Assembly (NCBI GenBank): GCA_050287845.1
Contig: JBNKCR010000020.1
Location: 1 to 64,000, forward strand
Direction: 5' to 3'
From: Polyangia bacterium
Lineage (GTDB): Bacteria; Myxococcota_A; Polyangia; JAAYKL01
Length of the DNA: 64,000 bases
The notes under the pieces were generated by a model. It saw only the letters and a list, made by a program, of their open reading frames with translations. It ran no database searches and had not been told where the DNA came from. Position 1 is the stretch's first letter. Each line of letters starts with the position of its first letter. Made by a program: the position numbers and the translations under genes. Shown piece after piece: positions 41,098-50,329 of the stretch.

Positions 41098-42195
41098 ATG
41101 TTTTTCAACCGTAAAAAAAATGAATCACAGAACCGGTCGGCCGTTTCCCGGGATAATTCGTCGGAATCAGATGATTTCTGCCGGGATGCATTGGCGTCGG
41201 TACTTCGCATTCTGGCCGAACACGCGTTGCCCACCCGGCAGATTACAGTGAGTGAATTCCAGGACACCATGACATCGTTGGCGAAAAAGATGCTGGTGGG
41301 GGCGGGGATGGAGCAGGCCGCATTTGGCCAGAAGGGGTTACAGAGGGTATTCGCGGAAATCCGTCAGGAAGTTCGACGGCAGCGGAAAGCGGAGTCGCAG
41401 GAGTACGCCAATCACCGGCAGAGCGCGAGCATCATTGTGGCTGATCTCGTCTCGGGTCTGAGAAAATCCCTGGAGGCGCGCCGGGATCACGATGAGGGCA
41501 TTGTGCGGGCACTGACAGAAATGGAGACCGCGGTGGAGGAGGGCAATCTCGAAAATATCAGGCGGGTCTGCTCGAAGACGGTGCACCATATCCGGGATGT
41601 GGTGGCCGTGCAACGGGAGCGGGATCAGGAGCGGTTGAATGATTTGTCAGAACAGCTTCGGTCCATGAAAGAGGAGCTTCTGGAAACCCAGTCGCAGATG
41701 CAGCGGGACCCATTGACCGAAGTGCTGAACCGCGGCGCGTTCGACAGCACATTTTCCCAGACGGTGGATATCGCCAATGCGTCGGCCATGGAACTGGCGC
41801 TATTCATGTTGGACCTGGATCATTTCAAGCAGGTGAATGACCAGTTCGGGCATCAGGCAGGAGATACCGTGCTCAGGGAGGTGGGAAAGCAACTGATACG
41901 ATGTTTTCCCAGAAAGGACGACATGGTGTTTCGGTACGGGGGCGAGGAATTCGCCATATTGTGCCGCAACACCGGGAAGGCGGATGCGCTGATGCTGGGG
42001 GAGCGGATGAGGAAACAGATTGAATCCCGCACTATCGCGTTGCCGGATGTGCATCATCGGCAGACGGTGTCGATTGGCTGTGCGGTGCTCCGGCCTGAAG
42101 AGGCAGCGGAAGCGCTGCTGCGGCGAGCGGATGAGGCGTTGTATGTGGCCAAACGGAACGGCCGCAATCGGGTGGAACCCGCCTCCCTGGAGTAA
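41098..42195 (+). CDS. Diguanylate cyclase (coiled coil + GGDEF) with RxxD I-site
   Basis: DPLT, DLDHFKQVND, RKDD-x5-GGEEF. Confidence 0.93.
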   Translation: MFFNRKKNESQNRSAVSRDNSSESDDFCRDALASVLRILAEHALPTRQITVSEFQDTMTSLAKKMLVGAGMEQAAFGQKGLQRVFAEIRQEVRRQRKAESQEYANHRQSASIIVADLVSGLRKSLEARRDHDEGIVRALTEMETAVEEGNLENIRRVCSKTVHHIRDVVAVQRERDQERLNDLSEQLRSMKEELLETQSQMQRDPLTEVLNRGAFDSTFSQTVDIANASAMELALFMLDLDHFKQVNDQFGHQAGDTVLREVGKQLIRCFPRKDDMVFRYGGEEFAILCRNTGKADALMLGERMRKQIESRTIALPDVHHRQTVSIGCAVLRPEEAAEALLRRADEALYVAKRNGRNRVEPASLE

Positions 42196-42382
42196 AGCTG
42201 GAACCATGGCCCAGTATTGAGGCTTTCCCCCAATCCCCATGAGAATTCGCGCTGTTCTCTCCCTGCAGCGGATGTTCCGGATGAGCTTCGGAGTTGTCAC
42301 CTTCGCGATTTTCTGATTAAGATGGGCGCCGGTGGAATCAGCCCGGTCGCGAAGGTATCCGGCCATTGACAGGAAATCAGGC

Positions 42383-42997
42383 ATGAAGTTTTTTTTATTT
42401 GGGGTTTTCGTGTCATCATTTATCTGGTTTGGAATTCTGTACGCCCAGAGCCGGGGAATGGTGACTCTTTTTAAAATGCCGGAGGAAACGACGGTTTCGG
42501 AGGAAACGGTGGTTGCAGCGACGGATGTCGATACAGAAACCGCGGAACCGGAGGTGGTAAAGAAGCGAATGAAAAAACGACGGCGACCGCGTCAGAAAGC
42601 GAATGTGCCCATCCAGCCCGATTTGGGGTACGAGGAAGGAGAGGGGCAGACCGGGGATGATCTCACCGCCGGACCGCGCAGCATCTCCCCGGGCGATGCG
42701 GGGGGAGATGAAGGTCAGCTCAGCAATGCCGAAATCGAGTCCGCCATCGATCAGCGATTCAACGGGATTCAGCGCTGTCTCACCCTGATGCCTCCGGATG
42801 CGCCGGGTATCGGACGCCTGGTCATCGGAATGAACATATCCGGCGCCGGAACGGTCACCCGGGTCAATCTCCGGGGGCCGAATGCGATGATAAAAGGGGA
42901 ACCGGGCGCCTGTTTTCGCCGGATTGTGTCCGCCATGCGATTTCGCAGGTTCAATGGTCCGGATATGATTGTGCATTATCCAATCATTTTTGAATGA
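42383..42997 (+). CDS. Membrane-anchored protein with AgmX/PglI C-terminal-like domain
   Basis: N-terminal TM; 'LS..EI...I......IQRC...G.V.....C......F......HYPI'. Confidence 0.65.
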   Translation: MKFFLFGVFVSSFIWFGILYAQSRGMVTLFKMPEETTVSEETVVAATDVDTETAEPEVVKKRMKKRRRPRQKANVPIQPDLGYEEGEGQTGDDLTAGPRSISPGDAGGDEGQLSNAEIESAIDQRFNGIQRCLTLMPPDAPGIGRLVIGMNISGAGTVTRVNLRGPNAMIKGEPGACFRRIVSAMRFRRFNGPDMIVHYPIIFE

Positions 42998-44055
42998 AGT
43001 GCCGTATTTTGAATCGTTGTGAATTGCTGCCATCCACCCGATATCTGGGGTCGAAGCGTAAACTGCTGGCTGCTCTGGAGGGCGTGTTTTCAGACATCTC
43101 CTTTGAGCGGGTCTGGGATCCTTTCTGCGGTAGCGGCTCGGTTTCCTATCTGCTCAAGTGCATGGGAAAAGAGGTGCATGCATCAGATGTACTTCAGTGG
43201 AACGCAACCTGCACAGGTGCATTGCTTTCATCTCCGGACGCGGGGTTTATGCCGGCGCTGGAAACGGTGCTTCGGCAAATTCCCAACGAAGGGACCAGGC
43301 CGGGATTCATCGAAAATACCTTTGACGGCCTGTTTTTCACCCGGGACGAAAACCGGTTCATCGATCAATATATCGCAGCGGTGTCCGGGTGGCCTGCGGA
43401 TCGGAAGCGCGCGGCATATCATGTGCTGTTTCAGGCCGCACTGGCCAAGCGTCCCTATAATCTGTTTCATCGGGCAAACCTGTACATGCGGCAGCGCCGG
43501 GTGAAACGTTCGTTTGGAAATAAAACCACCTGGGATACCCCTTTTGCCGTGTTGCTCAGAAGATATGCCACAGAATTGACCCGTGCCTGGTTTGCAGCGG
43601 AACGGTCGGTCCATGCACAGCAGATGGATGTGGATGAAGTGGATTTTTCAGGGGCCGACCTCGTGTATCTGGATCCGCCCTACATGCCGCAAAAGGGAAT
43701 GGGGGTGGACTATCTGGATTATTATCATCTGCTGGAAGGCATAAGCCTTGAGGACAACGACCTGTGGCAGCAGCGCATTCTGCATCGCTACAGACACATG
43801 CCCCTCATCGGACGCGGGGAGAGCCCCTGGTGCCGTGCGACAGAGGTTTGTGCAGCATTCAGAAGGGTCATCAGAAAATGCGGCAACGCAGCGGTGGTCA
43901 TATCATATCGCAGCGACGGAATTCCGACAGTGGACGAGCTGGTGGCGATGCTGACCGATTGCGGAAAACGGGTGACCATTGTGGATTTGGGAAAATACAC
44001 CTACGCACTCAGCCGAAACTCCAAATCGAGAGAAGTGATTCTGGTTGGACAGTGA
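42994..44055 (+). CDS. DNA adenine methyltransferase (D12/FokI-like), no cognate nuclease nearby
   Basis: RYLGSK, DPFCGSGSV (SAM binding), YLDPPY (catalytic). Confidence 0.85.
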   Translation: MKCRILNRCELLPSTRYLGSKRKLLAALEGVFSDISFERVWDPFCGSGSVSYLLKCMGKEVHASDVLQWNATCTGALLSSPDAGFMPALETVLRQIPNEGTRPGFIENTFDGLFFTRDENRFIDQYIAAVSGWPADRKRAAYHVLFQAALAKRPYNLFHRANLYMRQRRVKRSFGNKTTWDTPFAVLLRRYATELTRAWFAAERSVHAQQMDVDEVDFSGADLVYLDPPYMPQKGMGVDYLDYYHLLEGISLEDNDLWQQRILHRYRHMPLIGRGESPWCRATEVCAAFRRVIRKCGNAAVVISYRSDGIPTVDELVAMLTDCGKRVTIVDLGKYTYALSRNSKSREVILVGQ

Positions 44056-44064
44056 GGGGGATTC

Positions 44065-44105
44065 CCGGTGCGCCCCGGCTGCGGACCGGGGACAGCGCAC
44101 TCCGG
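44065..44105. terminator. GC-rich hairpin between convergent genes
   Basis: gtgcgc/gcgcac and cccgg/ccggg pairing just after the MTase stop; no clear U-tract. Confidence 0.35.
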
Positions 44106-44201
44106 AGCTCGCCCTCCGTTCAGTCTGAAAAATTCATTCCTCAATGGTCGAGGGTGCAATTCTGAAAGGTTCAGTGTTGGTCCGCGTTGAATTGGTGAGA
44201 T

Positions 44202-44450
44202 TCAATTGGTTTGATGGACATCGACGGGACGGCGTTTCAGGTGGTGTCTGCTCCATTTTCGGGTACGCCGCCGGGGCACCCCTTCGATAAGCATCTGCTG
44301 TCTGATCTCTTCACATTCTTCTGCGCTGGCATGTGCAATGACATCGTGAAACTGGTCATACAGGGCCGAGGGATCGGCGCCCCGATGCAATTCAAGCAGA
44401 ATGTCCTTGAAACGGGTGATGTTGTCTGTTGCCTGATACTTTCTGGTCAT
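44202..44450 (-). CDS. Stand-alone DUF438-like small protein
   Basis: 'KDILLELHRG.....F...I...S.EE...Q.ML.EG.P' resembles the DUF438 N-terminal domain; AAGGAGG RBS. Confidence 0.65.
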   Translation of the reverse strand: MTRKYQATDNITRFKDILLELHRGADPSALYDQFHDVIAHASAEECEEIRQQMLIEGVPRRRTRKWSRHHLKRRPVDVHQTN

Positions 44451-44903
44451 AACGTCCTCCTTCAGAGAGTGGAAACCTTTGTTGGATCTCAGGGTTTGTC
44501 CGGAAATAAATCTAATAATTCAGGCAGCAGGATGGTATATCCGGCAAGGTGCGACGACGAGTCATACCTGTGGTATGGCGAGTAGGAGCACCGCTGCCGG
44601 GATGTCAAGATTGTTGCAAGAACGGCAAAGTTATTTCTGGACAAACCCTAAGTGTAAAATGTCAGTATTTGTAACTTGTCTTCAACGTAATACCAGTCTG
44701 ATGACGTGCAAGTGACCGCTGTGTAAATAATTCGGGCAAGCATTCCGGGTGCCGTAGTTTAACGCGGCCATAGCATGAAATGAAGCACGGTGGCAGTGGC
44801 CGGGGAACCGGAGCCGGGGAATGATTTTTTTAAATCATATGACTGAACGGGTGCGGGAAGGGTCGGATGTGTGCACCACTGTGAGTTGCGTTACCGAGTC
44901 GCG

Positions 44904-45602
44904 TTACAGGGAATCGAGAATACTCTGGATAATTTTGGTAGAAGCAATCGAGAGCATTCCCAGGGACGATGATGCATCCGCATCCATCAGCAGAATCACA
45001 TCTTCATTGAGAAGGCATGCCACCGAGGTCCCGTGAGCATGAGACATATAAATTTTATGCAAACCGTCGCGGGGATGGTTGTCAAGCAAGGTGATGACGT
45101 TACCGATGATATTGTTAAATGCCTCGTCAGTGCCATCCTTGTCCCAATTCAGGATGGCAGTGCCATCGCGCCTGAAAAGGGCAACGTGTTTGACATAGCT
45201 GTATCTGGAGGATGAGTCTTTGACCGATTCAGACAAATCGCCGCCCGCGGGACTTCTGGGCTGCATGGGAGCAGAGGACTTCTTTCTTTTTTCCGCAAGC
45301 TGCTCCTTCAGCGCCAGTGCCCGGGGAATCAGTTCATCAATGGCAGTATTCACGGTTTGCTGGCTTGAAGTGACATCACTGCGAAATTCAAATTCACCTT
45401 CCTGGAAAAACAGCAACTCAATAATGGCATCTATACCGGTGCTGTCTCCACAGACGGAATGGTAAATCTGCCCTTTGTCGTAATACATCCGGGCTTCTTC
45501 TTCCATTCCCGCGATAATCAGTTCCCCCGACTTTTCAGTGGAATGAGGGAATTTGAGCAAATCAATAACGCCTATATCAGCCAATGTGCCAGTCAGAGCC
45601 AT
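44904..45602 (-). CDS. DUF4388 (PatA-N-like) domain protein with possible roadblock-like C-terminus
   Basis: MALTGTLADIGVIDLL...KSGEL...G.FEF; AAAGGA RBS. Confidence 0.8.
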   Translation of the reverse strand: MALTGTLADIGVIDLLKFPHSTEKSGELIIAGMEEEARMYYDKGQIYHSVCGDSTGIDAIIELLFFQEGEFEFRSDVTSSQQTVNTAIDELIPRALALKEQLAEKRKKSSAPMQPRSPAGGDLSESVKDSSSRYSYVKHVALFRRDGTAILNWDKDGTDEAFNNIIGNVITLLDNHPRDGLHKIYMSHAHGTSVACLLNEDVILLMDADASSSLGMLSIASTKIIQSILDSL

Positions 45603-45830
45603 GGTGATTCCTTTCTGAACCGTTGCACTCACCCTCGAACGCGGAAGGTCATCTCTGAGTGCATATTCTTATACAACACGTTGCCTCAAGTGTTTTTTTA
45701 TATAATACGCTCAATTATCCGGGTTTCACGGAAAAAATCCAACAATGGAGGTCGTTCAGGATCAGTGAATTTATCCATGGCTGCACATCGGTCATGATGT
45801 ACACTGTCCGGAAACGGCGGAGGGGGGGCA

Positions 45831-47165
45831 CTATTTTTCGCCTTCCGGGGCGGATGCATCGACTGGAGAGTCAATATACGGCATGGCAGGCCGGCGTGTT
45901 TTTGCGCGCTGCAGGAGACCGGATGCCCTGGATACCGTCCGAATTACCAGCTGTTTCAGATAGGGTTCAGCGGTGAATGCGGTACGGTCCACCATCATGT
46001 CCAGTACTTTCTGATGTCGGGCGATGCGCTCGGCGGCAGCGGCTTCATTCATCTGAATGGCTCTCTGGGCGTACTTCGCACAATGGGTGCATTCTTCGTC
46101 ACAGATGGCCGTTCTGCAGTCGTGTTTCACGAAATACTCACAGAAGCCATCCAGCTTTCGATTGTCGATGTGTACCAGCACACCCGCGTCTCCCAGATGA
46201 CGAATCTCCTTCACCATGTCCATGTGAATGAAATCGGGGCGAACCAGCCATTTGGCAGGATTTCCGACCGCTGAATCATCTTCATGCTGCCGCATGAACG
46301 GATACCCGATGAGATCAACCAGATTCCCGTCGTAATAGCGGTTGTTGTAGGCGGTTACCACATTGGTGATCCATTTGGTTGACTTGATTCGATCGGCCAG
46401 TTTGAAAACATCAATACCGATATTTTCATACAGATGAATATCCTCAGGCCGAATAAAGCGACCGCGGATAAATTCCACTGGATTTTCAAGCCGTTTTCGG
46501 GCGCATTGAAAACCACAATAGTCCAATGCGAATCCTTTGGTTTTCTGATGGTTGGCGCTGCCATGCGCATTGAACGCCGCATGAAACGGTGGATACGGGC
46601 ACTGGTCCATGCACAGATTGTTTGCAAACAGTTCCAGCTCACAGGAAACCGCTTTGCGAATTTTTTTGAGGAGAGAGAAATCCCTGTTCTGATCCTGCTG
46701 AATGATAATGCGATCGGCGCCTTTGTCTTCCCATGATTTTGCCTTTGAAATCGAATTGATGATGGCAAAGGTCGAGATGGAAACCGTGACTTTTGGAAAA
46801 TGCCGTTTTATCAGGTCAAGCAGGTACGGCAGCGCAACCACAAAACCGTCGACGCCCATGTCCACCAGAGTCCCGATAAAAGCAAACAGCTGGTCGTTGA
46901 ACTTTCGGGTGGTTTCCATGTTGGAGAGACAGGGTGCGTTCAGGATATAATTGTATTTGAGGTTGTGTTCATGAGCCTGATCAATCAGCTGCCGCAGTTG
47001 ATTCTGATTGATGTCCGCGAGTAAATATGTGTTTCGGCCGCCTCCCGCCAGGTCTCCGGCCATTTTTCCGTACACGCTTTCCACTGCGGGTAGATGCGAG
47101 ATGCCAGGAATCAGATCAGTGTTGTTGTTATGGGCGACGGTCAGTCGCATTTTTCTTGTACTCAT
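45831..47165 (-). CDS. Peptidase U32 family protein, probably Fe-S dependent
   Basis: NYILNAPC, ANNLCMDQCP, CGFQC, FIRPED, FKLADR, C-terminal Cys cluster; start inferred from GGAG. Confidence 0.75.
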   Translation of the reverse strand: MSTRKMRLTVAHNNNTDLIPGISHLPAVESVYGKMAGDLAGGGRNTYLLADINQNQLRQLIDQAHEHNLKYNYILNAPCLSNMETTRKFNDQLFAFIGTLVDMGVDGFVVALPYLLDLIKRHFPKVTVSISTFAIINSISKAKSWEDKGADRIIIQQDQNRDFSLLKKIRKAVSCELELFANNLCMDQCPYPPFHAAFNAHGSANHQKTKGFALDYCGFQCARKRLENPVEFIRGRFIRPEDIHLYENIGIDVFKLADRIKSTKWITNVVTAYNNRYYDGNLVDLIGYPFMRQHEDDSAVGNPAKWLVRPDFIHMDMVKEIRHLGDAGVLVHIDNRKLDGFCEYFVKHDCRTAICDEECTHCAKYAQRAIQMNEAAAAERIARHQKVLDMMVDRTAFTAEPYLKQLVIRTVSRASGLLQRAKTRRPAMPYIDSPVDASAPEGEK

Positions 47166-47424
47166 GTACATCTCCAGGCGGTGCCCCCAATGGAAACACG
47201 TGGGTGAGTAGTTGGAAACAACAGATATAATTCGGTTGTAATAACTATACCCCGATTGTCTCGTACGAACAAGTGCAGGCGAAATTTTTTTCCGGAAAAT
47301 ATTGAAGTTACAGCATTCCTGAAAGTACGTGGTACTTTGTCCACCATACTTTGACGGAGTAGTAGCTGCCTTTTCCGGCATGCATTCTGCAATCGTGGTT
47401 ATTTTTTTTATTCAACTCCCAAAT

Positions 47425-47447
47425 ATTTCCAATGAGACATTGGAAAT
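47425..47447. promoter_or_regulatory. Perfect 10-3-10 inverted repeat, candidate operator
   Basis: ATTTCCAATG-aga-CATTGGAAAT, 18 nt upstream of the photolyase start in a divergent intergenic region. Confidence 0.55.
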
Positions 47448-47465
47448 GGCGAATGGAGAAATCGT

Positions 47466-48818
47466 TTGAAAACACTGTTTATTTTCAGACGCGACCTTCG
47501 GCTGGCAGATAACACGGGGCTACTCGAAGCGCTCAACATGTCGGATGTGGTGCTGCCGTGTTTCATTCTCGACCCCCGGCAGGTAAATTCCCACGCGTAC
47601 CGAAGTGAGTTTGCATTTCAGTTTATGATTGAGTCATTGATGGATTTGGATTCCCAGCTGCGCGAATTGGGAAGTCGGCTGTATGTATTTGAAGGCGTTC
47701 CTGCACATGTGGTGGAACGTCTTTTTTCCCTGGGCATATCTGCGGTGCATGTCAATCGGGATTACACGCCGTATGCGCAGCAGCGGGATGCACACATCAA
47801 AGCCGCGTGCGACCATGCCGGAGTGGATTTTGTTGTTTCGCGGGATGCATTGCTGTTTGAGCCCGAGGATGTTGGCAGGATGTACAGCGTGTATTCTGCC
47901 TTCCGGCGGTTCACCCTCGGGTTGCCCCGGCGGTCACCGGTGAAAACACGTCGGAATAATTTTTATCGGGAAGCATTGAACCACCCGACACCCATGGACC
48001 TCACCCGGTTGTACAAGCCGAATCCGGCGCGTTTTGTCAGAGGCGGACGTTCACAGGGGCTGAAGCTACTGTCGCGGTTGAAGGTCCTTGATGCATATCA
48101 TGAAACCCGGGATTTTCCGGCCATTGATGGGACGAGTTATCTGTCGGCCCATCACCGGTTTGGCACCGTGTCCATTCGGGAGACCACAGCGGTCGCGGAT
48201 TCGCTGTTTGGAGAAAACAGCGTGTACTATGGCGAATTGCTCTGGCGGGATTTTTTTACCCACGTGGCGTATCACCGTCCCGATGTGTTTGGCAATGAAT
48301 TCAATGCCAGATACAAAGAAATTTCCTGGCGAAAGGAGGGGGCGCTGTTTGACCGTTGGTGCAAGGGGGAAACCGGGTTTCCGATAGTGGATGCCGGGAT
48401 GCGTCAGCTGAATCATACAGGCTACATGCACAATCGGTTGCGGATGGTAGTGGCCAGTTTTTTAACCAGGGATTTGCGGGTGGACTGGCGTCTGGGAGAA
48501 CAGTTCTTTGCGTCCAGACTCATTGATTACGACCCCTGTGTGAACAATGGCAATTGGCAGTGGGCAGCAGGCACCGGATGCGATGCCCAGCCGTATTTTC
48601 GGATTTTCAATCCCTGGCGGCAGCAACAGAAGTTCGATTCGCACTGTGAATATATTCAGCGATGGGTTCCGGAGTTGGCCGGCGTTGCTCCGAAAATCAT
48701 TCATGGTCCTGAAAAAAAAGAGTCTTCAGAGGGGAGTACCTATCCCTCGCCGATGGTGAATCACAAAGAAGAAGCCGCATTGAGTCTGAAGATGTTCAAA
48801 CAACTGCGAACGCGGTGA
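47466..48818 (+). CDS. phrB: Class I CPD photolyase (deoxyribodipyrimidine photo-lyase)
   Basis: FRRDLRLADN, TSYLS, ELLWRDFF, GYMHNRLRM, DYDPCVNNGNWQW, RIFNP. Confidence 0.92.
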   Translation: MKTLFIFRRDLRLADNTGLLEALNMSDVVLPCFILDPRQVNSHAYRSEFAFQFMIESLMDLDSQLRELGSRLYVFEGVPAHVVERLFSLGISAVHVNRDYTPYAQQRDAHIKAACDHAGVDFVVSRDALLFEPEDVGRMYSVYSAFRRFTLGLPRRSPVKTRRNNFYREALNHPTPMDLTRLYKPNPARFVRGGRSQGLKLLSRLKVLDAYHETRDFPAIDGTSYLSAHHRFGTVSIRETTAVADSLFGENSVYYGELLWRDFFTHVAYHRPDVFGNEFNARYKEISWRKEGALFDRWCKGETGFPIVDAGMRQLNHTGYMHNRLRMVVASFLTRDLRVDWRLGEQFFASRLIDYDPCVNNGNWQWAAGTGCDAQPYFRIFNPWRQQQKFDSHCEYIQRWVPELAGVAPKIIHGPEKKESSEGSTYPSPMVNHKEEAALSLKMFKQLRTR

Positions 48819-48996
48819 TCCCGTACCAGGTACAAGGTCGTGATGGCGTCGGGGAAGGAAGGCGCGAAAGAGCCCGGGCGGATACGACCATTATGCGTTG
48901 AAAAAAATGCCCCCTTCCGGGAGTATGCTATAATGACGAGCCGGGTGATGCTCGGAATCCACGCTTCCGCTGCAACTTCGAAAGGATATACCAGTG

Positions 48997-50316
48997 ATGC
49001 GACGATGGCCTCCTACTCTGATTTGTTTTTTTTCTCTGTTTCTTTCAATATTGTCTGCCGCCTGCGATGACAGTGAAACGCCGGGAACCGGGGACACGGA
49101 TACGGACACCGACACCGACACCGACACGGATACGGACACCGACACCGACACGGACACGGACACGGATACCGACACGGACACGGATACGGACACGGATACC
49201 GACACGGACACCGATACGGACACGGACACGGATACGGATACGGACACGGACACCGATACGGACACAGACACGGATACGGACACAGATACGGATACAGATA
49301 CGGATACCAATCCGCCCGGGAACTGTTCCAATGTGGGCAGCGGAACAAATCCGAACCGGGTGTGTATTCGAGGCAAAGCGTATTATCTCAATGGCATCAA
49401 CGTGGCCTGGGATCAGTGGGATGCGGATTTGACCAACTACAACGATGCCAGTTTCGAGGCGATGTTTGCCAGTCTCGAAGCGTCCGGCGGAAATGCGATT
49501 CGCTGGTGGTGGTTTATTGATGCGCTGAACCAGCTGACATTTGATGGAACGGAGGTGCAGCCGCTTTCCCAGGACATTTTTGACAACCTCGATCGGGCAT
49601 TCGATGCCGCCGCGAATCATGGCGTTCTCATTATGCCCAGCCTCCTGTCATTCGATATAAAAAATTCGGATATGACTTTTCTCATCACCGATGACAGTGC
49701 AATCAACGCGTTTGTGGACAATGTGGTGACGCCCCTGGTGGAACGGTACACGGAGCATCCGGGAATGGGCGTGTGGGAAATCATGAACGAGCCGGACTGG
49801 TTGCTCGACAGCGAAACCGGGACAGTTCCCATGGCGAATCTGCAGCGGTTTCATGCCATGTTTGCAGCGGGCATTCACGCTGCAAACAGCGATGCCCTGG
49901 TGACCACGGGGCTGGGAATGTACAAGTATATGACCGATGGCGGAAATAACTTTTCCGATGAGGCACTCAAAGCAGCTGCCGATGGAGACCCGCTGGCATA
50001 TTTTGATGTGCACCAGACACATTATTATGGTTGGCAGCATGGGGACGGCTGGAGTTACGAACCCTGGATAAAAACCAGCACAGAGTGGTTGCCTGAAAAC
50101 AAACCTGTTATCATCGGCGAATTTCCATGCAAAGGTGAAGATGGCAACTGGTCGAGTCTGGAAATGCATACCGAATCCGTGGCAAAGGGGTATGCTGGCA
50201 CGTTCTGTTGGGCGTATTTTGACAATCGCGCGGACTCAGAGGGTGTCTGGGCAGATGCCAAACCCGGCGTGGAAGCCATTGCCGACATGATTCCCGACGC
50301 CATCACCGGCGAGTAG
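48997..50316 (+). CDS. GH5-like (clan GH-A, mannanase-like) glycoside hydrolase lipoprotein with (DT)36 tether
   Basis: SAAC lipobox; GINVAW, WEIMNEP (acid/base), HYY, IIGEF (nucleophile). Confidence 0.8.
   Translation: MRRWPPTLICFFSLFLSILSAACDDSETPGTGDTDTDTDTDTDTDTDTDTDTDTDTDTDTDTDTDTDTDTDTDTDTDTDTDTDTDTDTDTDTDTDTDTDTDTDTNPPGNCSNVGSGTNPNRVCIRGKAYYLNGINVAWDQWDADLTNYNDASFEAMFASLEASGGNAIRWWWFIDALNQLTFDGTEVQPLSQDIFDNLDRAFDAAANHGVLIMPSLLSFDIKNSDMTFLITDDSAINAFVDNVVTPLVERYTEHPGMGVWEIMNEPDWLLDSETGTVPMANLQRFHAMFAAGIHAANSDALVTTGLGMYKYMTDGGNNFSDEALKAAADGDPLAYFDVHQTHYYGWQHGDGWSYEPWIKTSTEWLPENKPVIIGEFPCKGEDGNWSSLEMHTESVAKGYAGTFCWAYFDNRADSEGVWADAKPGVEAIADMIPDAITGE
49093..49308 (+). repeat. Pure Asp-Thr dipeptide repeat, 36 units (GAY-ACN)
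   Basis: 216 nt of GAC/GAT-ACC/ACG/ACA hexamers. Confidence 0.97.
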
Positions 50317-50329
50317 AAGTCCCCTTAAT

